Below, one piece after another: positions 19,613-28,745 of a stretch of 64,000 nt of DNA. How positions within the stretch are numbered: the first letter of the stretch is position 1; each line of letters starts with the position of its first letter. The stretch lies in NCBI GenBank assembly GCA_045647355.1, contig JAZRMF010000001.1, positions 350,679 through 414,678 on the forward strand, in the 5' to 3' direction. The stretch is from Candidatus Enterousia sp. (GTDB lineage: Bacteria; Pseudomonadota; Alphaproteobacteria; Rs-D84). Below the pieces are notes generated by a model. It saw nothing but the letters and a program-made list of their open reading frames with translations. It had not been told where the DNA came from and made no database searches. Made by a program: the position numbers and the translations under genes.

Positions 19613-20851
19613 TTATGACAATTTGTGGATAACCAAACCGCTACGCAGTTTTGGTTCAAACCATGTTGTCTTTGGTGGCATAATATTGCCGGTATCGGCG
19701 ATGTCAATGATTTGGCGCATTGTGACGGGATACAGCGCAAATGCCGCGACCATTTCACCGCTATCAACGCGTTTCTGTAATTCGCCAAGGCCGCGAATAC
19801 CGCCAACAAAATCTATACGTTTGCTGGTACGCAAATCGCCCAGGTTCAATATTTTATCAAATACCAAATTAGACAGAACTGTTACGTCCAAAACACCGAT
19901 TGGATCGTTGTCGTTGTATGTGCCGGGCTTTGCGGTTAATGAATACCATTTGCCACCCAGATACATTCCAAAGTTATGCAATTTTGTTGGTTTGTATATT
20001 TCGGTGCCCATTTCCACAACATCAAACGATTCGGAAAGTTTCGCCAAGAATTCTTCTGGGGTCAAACCGTTCAAATCTTTGACCACGCGGTTATAGTCAA
20101 TAACTTTCAATTGGCTTTCTGGGAATATAACGGCCAAGAAATAGTTATATTCTTCGTTCCCGGTGTGGTTCGGATTTTGTTCGCGTTTTTCTGCACCAAC
20201 ACGTGCCGCGGCGGCGGTTCTGTGGTGACCGTCTGCGACATACATTGCCGGAATGTTTTTGAATATTTCGGTTATACGTGCATTGATTGCATCATCACGA
20301 ATTGCCCAGAACGTGTGGCCAAAGCCATCGGCCGCAACAAAGTCATATTCTGGTTCATGTGTTTTGACAAAGTTTTCAACAATTTCGTTCATTTCGGCAA
20401 CGTCCGGATATGCAAAGAACACCGGTTCGATGTTTGCGTTTTGGATACGGACGTGAATCATACGATCGTCTTCTTTATCTTTACGTGTCAATTCATGCTT
20501 TTTAATTTTGCCGGTCATATAATCATCGACATTTGCCGCCGCAACCAAACCGTACTGTGTACGACCGTCCATTGTTTGGGCATAGATATAATACATTTCC
20601 TTATCGTCTTGGACCAACCAACCGCGATCTTGCCACAGTTTGAAATTTTCAACCGCTTTGTCATATACAGGTTGGCTGTGTTCATCGGCAATTGGGTCAA
20701 AATCTATTTCTGGTTTGATAATATGCAACAGTGATTTTTCACCGGCCTCGGCCTTGGCTTCGACAGAATTCAAAACGTCATATGGACGTGAAGCAACTTC
20801 GGCCGCGATTTCTTTTGGTGGGCGAACACCCGCAAATGGTTTTATTTTCAT
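19613..20851 (-). CDS. DUF1015-family protein
   Basis: N-terminus MKIKPFAGVRPPKEIAAEVASRPYDVL matches the conserved M.I.PF.A.RP…PYDV start of DUF1015 proteins. 412 aa. Confidence 0.7.
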   Translation of the reverse strand: MKIKPFAGVRPPKEIAAEVASRPYDVLNSVEAKAEAGEKSLLHIIKPEIDFDPIADEHSQPVYDKAVENFKLWQDRGWLVQDDKEMYYIYAQTMDGRTQYGLVAAANVDDYMTGKIKKHELTRKDKEDDRMIHVRIQNANIEPVFFAYPDVAEMNEIVENFVKTHEPEYDFVAADGFGHTFWAIRDDAINARITEIFKNIPAMYVADGHHRTAAAARVGAEKREQNPNHTGNEEYNYFLAVIFPESQLKVIDYNRVVKDLNGLTPEEFLAKLSESFDVVEMGTEIYKPTKLHNFGMYLGGKWYSLTAKPGTYNDNDPIGVLDVTVLSNLVFDKILNLGDLRTSKRIDFVGGIRGLGELQKRVDSGEMVAAFALYPVTMRQIIDIADTGNIMPPKTTWFEPKLRSGLVIHKLS

Positions 20852-20945
20852 GATATCTCCTTCATGTTAAGCCAATGGATTATAAACCGATTTTTATAAA
20901 AGGCAACTGTGATATTCTGTATATGTATTTTTTATTTTTTTGCTC

Positions 20946-20975
20946 TTGACCTGATTCGGTGATTTTTGATAAAAT
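20946..20975 (+). promoter_or_regulatory. sigma70-like promoter (TTGACC-17-TG-ATAAAAT, extended -10) flanked by a 7-bp inverted repeat ctgattc/gaatcag
   Basis: -35 at 20946-20951. TG and -10 at 20967-20975. The IR at 20951-57 and 20982-88 brackets the -10 and is a possible operator. Confidence 0.4.
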
Positions 20976-20984
20976 ACCTGTGAA

Positions 20985-21205
20985 TCAGATGGGAATCTGG
21001 TTCGGGACTGTAGCAAGCCCACAAGGTACCGGTGCAACGGCATCGTAATCTGTTTGATTCCATGTTATTGCACCGTATATCGTCCCCGAATTTAATATGT
21101 CGGGGTGTCGTTGGATATACAACAGGGTCACACCGAAGTTCAACGAAGTCATTGTATCTTGTGATTTGCTAACACCCCGACCGCCAGAATCCTTGGCGGT
21201 TTTTG
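20985..21205 (+). ncRNA. candidate structured 5' leader or small RNA (promoter to intrinsic terminator, no ORF) upstream of the DGR-target paralog pair
   Basis: About 220 nt between the promoter and the hairpin ccgccag-aatcct-tggcgg plus TTTTT (21181-21204). No ORF with an RBS. The next gene starts at 21240. Confidence 0.3.
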
Positions 21206-21239
21206 ATAAGGCAAACAAACGAAAATGGGGGGATATTCC

Positions 21240-21788
21240 ATGCAAACAAAAACATTATTCGCATCAGTAATCGCGGCATTGGCGATTGTGCCGGCATTCG
21301 CGGCCGACCCAACACCGGGTGATAAAACGGTGACATCGGTTGGTTATGTGACACGTACACGTCAACCAATAATTGAGGCAAAACAAGGGGATTACGTTGT
21401 TATGTATCCGAACGATGATAACGGCGATGCCGATGGCGAAGTCCAAGAACGTGGCATTATCACGAATGTCTATAATTATGACGAAGGTAATGAATTGGTG
21501 ACGGTCGGCGGTGTGAACACGGCATTGGCGGAAAAGCAAGATGCGATACCGGCGGGCACATCGGGTAATTTGGTGACATATAACGGTCAATCGGGTTCGG
21601 TTGGTTCTGCGGCGGTGTATAATGCGACCGGCACGTACAACAGCCAAACAGGTTCCCTGGTCCAGGCCCAGCATGTAAACACCGCGGCGCAAAATGCGTT
21701 TAATGCGCATGTGACATGTTCTAATCCCCCAGATTGCACATTATGGACAATAAATGAATTGTCGGGGACATATGTACCACATAATTAA
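21240..21788 (+). CDS. secreted protein, N-terminal paralog of the DGR target protein (no VR)
   Basis: GGGGGGA RBS and signal peptide MQTKTLFASVIAALAIVPAFA. TSVGYVTRTRQPIIEAKQGD aligns with TSVSYVTRTTQPMLEAKSGD of the 21814 protein. Confidence 0.65.
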   Translation: MQTKTLFASVIAALAIVPAFAADPTPGDKTVTSVGYVTRTRQPIIEAKQGDYVVMYPNDDNGDADGEVQERGIITNVYNYDEGNELVTVGGVNTALAEKQDAIPAGTSGNLVTYNGQSGSVGSAAVYNATGTYNSQTGSLVQAQHVNTAAQNAFNAHVTCSNPPDCTLWTINELSGTYVPHN

Positions 21789-21813
21789 TAGTTGGTGAAA
21801 GGGGGACAACAAT

Positions 21814-22827
21814 ATGAAACGAATAATATCCATAATTGCAATGACGGTGGCGATACCATGTGTTGCCATTGCGGATAATGAACCGTCACCAACAACGACA
21901 ACATCGGTTAGTTATGTGACGCGAACGACCCAACCAATGTTAGAGGCAAAATCCGGGGATAAAGTTGTGACATACGGCACAACCAATGGTGTGGTTGGCA
22001 CGCGTAATGTATTGGACGATTTGGACGGCACGACGACAACAGACCCGAACCTTGCCACCGCCGAGGCATTAGAGATGGCCATAGGTGAAAAACAGAGTGA
22101 GTTTATAAACCTGTCGAATCGTAATGTTTTGACATATACCGGGTCGCAATATAATGTGACATCTACACCAATATATGACGATACGGTAAATACATTTGCG
22201 AATGGTTTGGTTGATGCGGCGACATTAAATACGGCGGTAACGGATGCGGCAAATGCCGAATTCACCCAGGTTGATGAAAACGGTACCCCCAGTTCAAACG
22301 GTTTATTGTGGCGAATAAATGATGCGCCGGCGGCGACATTGGGTGTGGATGCGAACCTGCCGGCGAATATTGCGGGAACCTCATATTGTTATAAAAGGCA
22401 TAATGGCCAGAATGGCAGTGCAGGTAATTGTGGCAGCACGGTATATAATGCCATGCAAAAGGGTGAATGGGGCACGGTGTTTCCGTATGGCACGGTTACG
22501 GGGATAAGTGTGTGCAGCAATATCGAACCATCGGTACAATATGGTACCGGTGATGATAAATGGTACCAGTATGGTCAGGTATCAACGAATCAAAGCGGTG
22601 TGCAATCGCAATATGACACATGGGTATCGAACGGTCGACCGGCGACGCCCGTGGGTGGATATTGCTATTGCAAGTTAACAAATCCATCAATTTCGGCGGC
22701 GCGTTGGGTGTTCAGGCTCTCGGACTCCGTTTCGAACTGTGCGCTCAACTGTGCGAACTTCTGCGCGAGCCGCGTCCAGCGCGGCTCCGATTTCCGGGGC
22801 GCTGTGTTCGGGGCGGCCGCAAATTGA
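21814..22827 (+). CDS. DGR target protein: secreted protein whose last ~43 codons are the variable region (VR)
   Basis: RBS GAAAGGGGGA and signal peptide MKRIISIIAMTVAIPCVAIA. C-terminus …RWVFRLSDSVSNCALNCANFCASRVQRGSDFRGAVFGAAAN. The VR is 130/130 alignable to the TR with differences only at TR adenines. Confidence 0.85.
   Translation: MKRIISIIAMTVAIPCVAIADNEPSPTTTTSVSYVTRTTQPMLEAKSGDKVVTYGTTNGVVGTRNVLDDLDGTTTTDPNLATAEALEMAIGEKQSEFINLSNRNVLTYTGSQYNVTSTPIYDDTVNTFANGLVDAATLNTAVTDAANAEFTQVDENGTPSSNGLLWRINDAPAATLGVDANLPANIAGTSYCYKRHNGQNGSAGNCGSTVYNAMQKGEWGTVFPYGTVTGISVCSNIEPSVQYGTGDDKWYQYGQVSTNQSGVQSQYDTWVSNGRPATPVGGYCYCKLTNPSISAARWVFRLSDSVSNCALNCANFCASRVQRGSDFRGAVFGAAAN
22691..22820 (+). repeat. 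DGR variable repeat (VR)
   Basis: 130-nt copy of TR 22985..23114 with 15 mismatches, every one at a TR adenine (A to G, C or T). Its 3' 50 nt are identical to the TR. Confidence 0.9.
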
Positions 22828-22887
22828 TGTATCGGTATAGCCAATAAAATGTAGCACATTTTATTGGCGATCGTACGGGTGGGGTTT

Positions 22888-22906
22888 GGGGCGGGTGTCC
22901 CGCCCC
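22888..22906 (+). other. GC-rich hairpin (8-bp stem ggggcggg/cccgcccc, 3-nt loop) downstream of VR; candidate DGR target-recognition hairpin
   Basis: Perfect 8-bp G/C stem 67 nt after the VR end. Comparable to the hairpin beside the VR in characterised DGRs. Confidence 0.45.
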
Positions 22907-22984
22907 AGTAAGAAGATTCCCGATGTAACACGGGAATAGGTTGTATCGCCGTATTCAGTTGCGTGCGTTGAACGTTGGTCGTTC

Positions 22985-23114
22985 TTTCGGCGGCGCGTTG
23001 GGTGTTCAAGAACTCGAACTCCGTTTCGAACTGTGCGAACAACTGTGCGAACAACTGCGCGAACAACGTCCAGAACAACTCCGATTTCCGGGGCGCTGTG
23101 TTCGGGGCGGCCGC
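22985..23114 (+). repeat. DGR template repeat (TR)
   Basis: The invariant copy is AAC-rich (…gcgaacaactgtgcgaacaactgcgcgaacaacgtccagaacaac…). It encodes N at the positions that vary in the VR and lies between the target gene and the RT. Confidence 0.9.
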
Positions 23115-23358
23115 TCCTTTGGGTGTGATTAGTAAAAAGGAAACTTTTTCGCCAACCTGCGGGACAAAGTGCATGGGCACTTTTCAGATGCGTAAAAAAC
23201 ATCTGTTTTAATACCTTGTTACATCAAAAGGTGGGGTGGTACGACCTGTGATGATGATATGGGATTTGTCCCATGTCCGTCCAAATACAAAACGCAGGGG
23301 ATGTTTGGGCCAGTAGTGGGTTCTGTATCGTCGCGAACGCCCGGAACATCCGATTGTA

Positions 23359-23703
23359 ATGGAATATAAAATGACATTGGATGAAATAGAACACCTTAAT
23401 AAAACAACATGTCCACGATTTGCCAATTTTGCACGTGAACAGTTGCCTATGCCGGGTGTAAAAAAATACCTTAATGATATTTTAAATCGGGAAATATTGG
23501 TTACAGATTTTAGAATAACAAAATCTAAACGCCGTGAAGGAACCGAATGTATGCAATTCCAATTCAAATTGGATGATACAATTTGTGTTGCCTTCACCGG
23601 CAGTGCCGTTTTAATGGACCAAATGCAAACCGCACGGGATGGCGGTAATATGCCTTTCGTTGGAACAATAGTCAAAATAGATAAATATTTTTCTTTTTCG
23701 TAA
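23359..23703 (+). CDS. small ORF immediately upstream of the RT, candidate DGR accessory protein
   Basis: 114-aa ORF on the same strand whose stop lies 7 nt before the RT ATG. Its position suggests an accessory gene, but no sequence feature recognisably matches Avd. Confidence 0.35.
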   Translation: MEYKMTLDEIEHLNKTTCPRFANFAREQLPMPGVKKYLNDILNREILVTDFRITKSKRREGTECMQFQFKLDDTICVAFTGSAVLMDQMQTARDGGNMPFVGTIVKIDKYFSFS

Positions 23704-23709
23704 ATCGCC

Positions 23710-24723
23710 ATGAAAACATACAATAACCTGTGGGAACAGTTCATTTCTGTTGAAAATTTTGAATTGGCTGCACGCAAGGCTGTCAAAAGCAAAAAATCAA
23801 AAAAATCGGTGCAAAAATTCCTGCGTAATAAAGATGTGCTGTTGAAAAAACTGCGACAGCAACTGATAGAAGGCAAATTCAAAACATCAGAATACAAGAC
23901 TTTTGTCATACACGAACCAAAAGAACGTGTCATATATAAATTGCCCCTGTATCCCGACCATATATTGCATCACGCGTTGATAAATGTGTTGGGACCGATT
24001 TGGCAAAAAATGTTTATACATGATTCTTATGCGTGCATACCGGGACGGGGATTGCACGCCGCATCAAAACGCACCATGGATTTCGTTCGCAGAAATAAAT
24101 ACGTGTTGCAATGCGATATAAGAAAATTCTATCCAAGTATAAATCATAATAAAATGATGGAAATTATCGCCCGAAAAATAAGCGACAGACGAATACTTAA
24201 AATACTTGATGAAATTGTGCGTTCGGTCGGCGGGGAAACAAACCTGCCGATTGGTAATTTGACAAGTCAATGGTTGGGAAATGTCTATCTTAATGAACTT
24301 GACCATTTTGTTAAAAGTGAACTGCGATGGCGGGATTATATTAGATATTGTGATGATTTTTGCCTGTATGGGAATGATAAAAATACCCTAAAACATATGG
24401 CACAAAAAATTAAAGTTTTTATTACGGATGGTCTAAAACTTGTGTTTTCACGCAGTATCGTGCGCCAGACGGTTTTTGGGGTGGCGTTTGTCGGGTACAG
24501 GCATTTTAAGAATTTTATATTGCTTAAAAAATACGCTGCACGAAAAATAAAACACAGAATTATGAATATAATAAATCATTCGGATATCAGTGAACACGCC
24601 ACCGGGCAAATTGCTGCGTTCTGGGGGTGGGTCCGATGGTCGTGTTCGTATAATTACTGTCGAGGGTTCGTTGGAAAAAAAGGGGAAAATAAAAATCTTT
24701 TACCCTTTTTTAATTGGATTTAA
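23710..24723 (+). CDS. DGR-type reverse transcriptase
   Basis: RT motifs YKLPLYPDHILHHALI and PIGNLTSQWLGNVYLNELD (the DGR-typical I-G-x-x-T-S-Q rather than QG…SP), plus a YCDD catalytic box. ~337 aa with no maturase or endonuclease domains. Confidence 0.9.
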   Translation: MKTYNNLWEQFISVENFELAARKAVKSKKSKKSVQKFLRNKDVLLKKLRQQLIEGKFKTSEYKTFVIHEPKERVIYKLPLYPDHILHHALINVLGPIWQKMFIHDSYACIPGRGLHAASKRTMDFVRRNKYVLQCDIRKFYPSINHNKMMEIIARKISDRRILKILDEIVRSVGGETNLPIGNLTSQWLGNVYLNELDHFVKSELRWRDYIRYCDDFCLYGNDKNTLKHMAQKIKVFITDGLKLVFSRSIVRQTVFGVAFVGYRHFKNFILLKKYAARKIKHRIMNIINHSDISEHATGQIAAFWGWVRWSCSYNYCRGFVGKKGENKNLLPFFNWI

Positions 24724-24726
24724 TTC

Positions 24727-25809
24727 CTATTTCCCAATCCGCACGTCCAGGATTGTTTCGTCGGGTGTTTTGTCCAATGGATGATATTGGAATGGAATAT
24801 TTGTAAAATCAATTTTATTCATGTCAATACGGCGAATTGTGCGGTTGTACATCGTGTGATAGTAAATCTTTTTATTCGTAATATCACTTGCGATGGTCCA
24901 CTGGGTCGCCGATGGCATGTCAAATGTTGCGGTGCCTGTTTTAAACGCGGTGCCAAAAGGAACATCGACATTATTCAGCAAATGAAACGATTGCATTGCG
25001 GTATCAAAACCGGTGCTTTGTGGAATTGCATAGTCTTTGAAAAATGCCATACGAACAAATCGCGATGGTGATGAAAAATCACCGGGCAGGCCCAACAGTC
25101 CCGTTCCGTGGCTAAGCGACCGCAGGGTAATTGGACCGAATTTGACTGGTGATTCTGTGCCAGACCGGACGTTAATATAATTATTCAAATTCGTTAAATG
25201 CCACGGCAATCCCGGCGAGTTTGCGATTACGCCCAACGGGTTTTCATAGAAATGCGGAATACCGTTCACGATTTCCAAAACGACCTGGTGTCCGTTGGGT
25301 TCGGTAATGCGCCAATGAACCGTGGATGCGGTTTTATCGATATTGATTATGTTGATGTTGTCGATGGCCTCTTTGACTTCGGCAATCGTTGAAAATTGCG
25401 ATAGTATCCATGATACAACCTGGAAATCCGCCAATGAATTGGCCTTCATGGCCGGCGAATAGGGTTGATATTTACCATAGTCGGGAAAGTAGAATAGGGC
25501 GGCGGAAAGGCCCGCTTCGTTCGTGCCGTCAACGACAAATTCGGGCTGTTGCATCCCAAGGCCGACAAATCCATATTTTGCGGTGAATCGCGCGCCATCC
25601 ATCGTGCCATTTGGCAAAAGTGATTGTTCGCTATGTCCACGTGGAACGATAACATACATGTTATTCATTTTTGAACCCGCCCAATCAACGGTGCGCGCAA
25701 CAACAATGGAATTATCTTTGGATTTCATGGTGATACCGGTGCATGCATCGGCATTTGGCACCGTTGCAATACACGCAATTAATACGGCAAGAGAGATTTT
25801 TTTATTCAT
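24727..25809 (-). CDS. secreted Ntn-hydrolase, choloylglycine hydrolase / linear amide C-N hydrolase family
   Basis: Signal peptide, then the nucleophile Cys directly after the cleavage site (…NADA/CTGITMKSKDN…), as in bile-salt hydrolase and penicillin V acylase. 360 aa. Confidence 0.75.
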   Translation of the reverse strand: MNKKISLAVLIACIATVPNADACTGITMKSKDNSIVVARTVDWAGSKMNNMYVIVPRGHSEQSLLPNGTMDGARFTAKYGFVGLGMQQPEFVVDGTNEAGLSAALFYFPDYGKYQPYSPAMKANSLADFQVVSWILSQFSTIAEVKEAIDNINIINIDKTASTVHWRITEPNGHQVVLEIVNGIPHFYENPLGVIANSPGLPWHLTNLNNYINVRSGTESPVKFGPITLRSLSHGTGLLGLPGDFSSPSRFVRMAFFKDYAIPQSTGFDTAMQSFHLLNNVDVPFGTAFKTGTATFDMPSATQWTIASDITNKKIYYHTMYNRTIRRIDMNKIDFTNIPFQYHPLDKTPDETILDVRIGK

Positions 25810-25954
25810 TTTGCATCCTTTTGGTTATGAAAAATTATGTTACGCCCGGCCAATTTGATTCAATAGGAACGAATGCGTCCCTTTGTGCCGGTTATATAAA
25901 GCAAAAGATTTTTGGTTCGGGGCGGGTTGATTTTATTGACAAAACAAAATATTC

Positions 25955-27667
25955 GTGTTATATCCAGAGAAAGCAGAAAAATCTATGTTAACGGATGTTG
26001 TTGATTTTTTTCCGGATATTCAAAGCATAAATCCAACCAAGTATACGGGATTTGTGCTGTTTTGTGATACCGATAAAGAGGCCGTGGCCATACAATACCA
26101 ATTGACGCATGATTTTAATATGCCTTCGAGTTTAGATATTGATTATTATGGCGCGCGTTACATTGTGCCGTTGGAAGATGTGGATGCGGATGTTGCATTA
26201 AAATTTATTCGCCGTGGTTGGAGTTGGGATCGTGACCAGCAATTCAACCGGTATTTAATCACACTGTACAGTGAAGATGCCGCAAATAAAATCTATGATA
26301 TAATGATTGCGCATGGATATAACGTGACGTTATCACCCAATAAAATGCAATTGGTTGTAAAGTGCATAGCAGATTCCCCGCGGAATACCGCCATCACAGA
26401 ATTAAAACGTGAATTTGATACCTTTGAAAGAAAGTCGCCAAAATCCATAGACGATTATTTCAACAAAATTTTATTTAATGGCGTAATAGAAAACCCAGAA
26501 TATCGTAAAGTTCGCGAACAAAAATTTTCGCCCGAAACAATTAAACAAAACAAAGATTTAATTATTCGTGAAATCGTGTATAGATATTTTAACATTATAA
26601 TTTACGCCTATTTGACTTGTCCAAAATTCGATGCAAACAAATTAGATGACACAACAATACAAAACATAAATCTTGTGCGCGACTTTTTGTGTTCTGTGGC
26701 GGACAAATATATCGATACACAAATAGATGTCGCAGGCAAGGCATCACAACAACCAACCATTAATTTTGGTTGTCTGACAACGTGCAGGGAATACGATAAT
26801 TTCAACAACGTATTAAACCTTGCCAAGAAGTGGCACCGTGCAGATATAAAGAACGAAAGGGCAGAAAACCGCAATATCCGTATGTCACAACGATGGGCAT
26901 ATAAATTGATGGATTTGAATGATGGCTATTATATCGTTTGTCTGGGGGGGCAAGAAGCATTAGATTATGAAAACCGGACATTAAAACACCCCGTTGAAAT
27001 ATTTTATCAAGATGATATTTACGAAGGAATCGCCAGATATTCTATACGCAAAGGATACACGCCAATTCTGACATTGAAAGTAGATAATGACAAAGTGGTT
27101 AGATGCTATGGCTATGAAAATGTCGTTCCGTGTGATAGTACTCTGCGCGCGGTGGTGCGTACGTTTATGCGGGAACGTGAGTTAACCATCCCCGATAACA
27201 GCTGGAATAAATTAATCGGGTACATAAAGAAAAATGGCAAACTATATGACATAGATAATTTACCCAAAGGTTTTATATTAGATGATATATTGAACTTGGA
27301 AGAAATGGGCCTGAAAAAATTACCTGATATGTCAACGGTAAAGGTAAATGGTCATCTTTTGTTACATGGTAATAATTTACATGACCTGAAAGGGGCGCCA
27401 TACAGGGTTTCGGGAAACCTTGATGCCAGTGGAAATCCGTTAGAATCGCTATACGGATTGCCACGTGAGATTGGTGGACTGATTTTGTTGCCAAAAGATA
27501 AATTAACCGCTGAATCATTTGTGCCATTGTATATCGAAGACAAATTGAAAAAGGGTGATGTTCTGGGCGTGGATGAAACGGTTAGCACCGCGTGGCAAGA
27601 TCAAATCGAACAAAGAAAAATTGGCATTGCAAATATAATTGCATCCTTGCGTGATAGAAACCAATAA
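25955..27667 (+). CDS. hypothetical protein with C-terminal leucine-rich-repeat-like region
   Basis: 570 aa. …LDDILNLEEMGLKKLPDMSTVKVNGHLLLHGNNLHDLKGAPYRVSGNLDASGNPLESLYGLP… resembles LRR units. Confidence 0.5.
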   Translation: MLYPEKAEKSMLTDVVDFFPDIQSINPTKYTGFVLFCDTDKEAVAIQYQLTHDFNMPSSLDIDYYGARYIVPLEDVDADVALKFIRRGWSWDRDQQFNRYLITLYSEDAANKIYDIMIAHGYNVTLSPNKMQLVVKCIADSPRNTAITELKREFDTFERKSPKSIDDYFNKILFNGVIENPEYRKVREQKFSPETIKQNKDLIIREIVYRYFNIIIYAYLTCPKFDANKLDDTTIQNINLVRDFLCSVADKYIDTQIDVAGKASQQPTINFGCLTTCREYDNFNNVLNLAKKWHRADIKNERAENRNIRMSQRWAYKLMDLNDGYYIVCLGGQEALDYENRTLKHPVEIFYQDDIYEGIARYSIRKGYTPILTLKVDNDKVVRCYGYENVVPCDSTLRAVVRTFMRERELTIPDNSWNKLIGYIKKNGKLYDIDNLPKGFILDDILNLEEMGLKKLPDMSTVKVNGHLLLHGNNLHDLKGAPYRVSGNLDASGNPLESLYGLPREIGGLILLPKDKLTAESFVPLYIEDKLKKGDVLGVDETVSTAWQDQIEQRKIGIANIIASLRDRNQ

Positions 27668-27736
27668 CAACGTGTCACGCGCCGGTAATTTTTCATTTGC
27701 AAATGGGAAAGTGTTGGTATATAATGCGCTCTGCCT

Positions 27737-27810
27737 TGGGGCATAGTTTAATGGTAGAACATCGGACTCTGACTCCGCTAGTATTGGTTCGAATCCAGTT
27801 GCCCCAACCA
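27737..27810 (+). tRNA. tRNA-Gln (anticodon CTG)
   Basis: Cloverleaf with a 7-bp acceptor stem tggggca/tgcccca, anticodon loop CTCTGAC, T-loop GGTTCGAATCC, and an encoded CCA. Confidence 0.85.
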
Positions 27811-27902
27811 TAGTTTCAAAACTTACCTGTTTGGGCAAGTTTTTGTTGGGAATATAAGTATTTCAACAAGTTTAAGTCTGAAGTATATCAAAGGTGGTTT
27901 AT

Positions 27903-28538
27903 ATGAAACAGGATTTCTATATATTTAGACATGGTCAAACCGATTACAATGTAGAAAAGAGAGTCCAAAGTTTCTTGGATATACCGCTAAACAGTAATGG
28001 AATTGCACAAGCACAGGTGTTGGCCAAGAATTTATCAAATGTGCAATTTGATTGTATATATAGTTCGACATTATCCAGGGCTTTGGATACTGCAAAAATT
28101 GTTTTGGGTGACAAAAAAGTGCAAATTATAACTGACCCGGGCTTACGCGAAAGAAACCTTGGGATACTGTGTGGCAAGATAATGAATCTTACAGATGCAC
28201 CAGCAGATACATTGGTTGACATGAATAAAGATAAAATAGATATGCCTGCGGCTCTTTTATTTAATGGTGATTATGCGCCGGAAAATGGTGAAAGTGATAA
28301 TATGTTCGTTCAGCGTGTCTGTGATACGATAACAAAAATTGCCAAAAATACAAATGCCAGGACCGTTGGCATCGCAACCCATGCCGGGGTTATTAGTGTT
28401 TTTGTTCGGCGTTTTACCAATTTCAATTTTAGTAGTATGCCAAATGCAGAATACATCAAAATGCAATGGGACGGGGAAAAATTCAGTTTACCAGAACCAC
28501 CAGATTGGTTGCTACAAACACAATCAAACCAGAAATAG
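27903..28538 (+). CDS. histidine phosphatase (phosphoglycerate-mutase-like) family protein
   Basis: RHGQTDYN catalytic motif near the N-terminus. AAGGTGG RBS before the ATG at 27903 (the ORF track starts at a GTG at 27894). Confidence 0.75.
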   Translation: MKQDFYIFRHGQTDYNVEKRVQSFLDIPLNSNGIAQAQVLAKNLSNVQFDCIYSSTLSRALDTAKIVLGDKKVQIITDPGLRERNLGILCGKIMNLTDAPADTLVDMNKDKIDMPAALLFNGDYAPENGESDNMFVQRVCDTITKIAKNTNARTVGIATHAGVISVFVRRFTNFNFSSMPNAEYIKMQWDGEKFSLPEPPDWLLQTQSNQK

Positions 28539-28634
28539 TTTATCTTTCATCTCTTCAATCTTTTGCCCGATTTTGATTATGTCGGTTTGCGAATTGCCCA
28601 GACAAGTGCAACCACAGTTCCCAAACTTGCCCAC
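28524..28634 (-). CDS. small ORF (36 aa, GTG start) embedded in repeat module copy 1: MGKFGNCGCTCLGNSQTDIIKIGQKIEEMKDKLFLV
   Basis: Against copies 2 and 3, substitutions fall at codon positions 1 and 3 with none at position 2, and indels are multiples of 3. Its 3' end overlaps the convergent phosphatase gene. Confidence 0.35.
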   Translation of the reverse strand: MGKFGNCGCTCLGNSQTDIIKIGQKIEEMKDKLFLV

Positions 28635-28745
28635 CGGGGCAAGTTTTTATTTATTTTCCAATACCTACAAAAAGTTCAAAAGTTTAAAACATTGTGATTT
28701 TTCGCCACTTTTGAACCCCAGAAAAAAACGGTTCTTGTAATGGTA
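28539..28745 (+). repeat. intergenic repeat module, copy 1 (conserved core 28539..28625 plus hairpin and T-run 28626..28652)
   Basis: The core tttatctttcatctcttcaatcttttgcccgattttga…tcggtttgcgaatt…caaccacag aligns with 30461.., 31990.. and 32695... The distal part (cgccacttttgaac…ggtactataaat) also recurs after copy 2. Confidence 0.7.

Noticed and set aside
22985-23114. Short tandem gcgaacaact(g/c) repeats in the TR that could be mistaken for a CRISPR array or minisatellite
   Set aside because: Only 3 imperfect units of 10-11 nt, with no spacer-repeat periodicity and no cas genes. The region is fully explained as an AAC-rich DGR template.
22665-23202. Minus-strand ORFs of 171 and 113 aa overlapping the VR, spacer and TR
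   Set aside because: They are antisense to the DGR repeats. Their internal repetition (AAAPNTAPRKSE… twice) merely mirrors the VR/TR duplication. They have no RBS, and plus-strand coding is explained by the target gene.
23208-23933. 241-aa minus-strand ORF spanning the RT start and the 114-aa ORF
   Set aside because: It overlaps two plus-strand ORFs, one of which (the RT) has unambiguous domain motifs. It shows no homology signal.
23710-24723. RT as a group II intron or retron
   Set aside because: There are no intron RNA domains or maturase/endonuclease regions. Motif 4 is IGNLTSQ rather than QG…SP, there is no retron msr/msd inverted-repeat context, and an A-mutagenised repeat pair lies adjacent.
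20852-25809. DGR as part of a prophage
   Set aside because: The flanks are DUF1015 and an Ntn hydrolase. No integrase, capsid, tail or terminase genes were seen anywhere in the window.
28626-28652. Hairpin plus T-run in copy 1 as a simple intrinsic terminator
   Set aside because: Not fully rejected. It probably terminates the plus-strand gene, but it lies inside the 5' part of the minus-strand small ORF, so its role is ambiguous.
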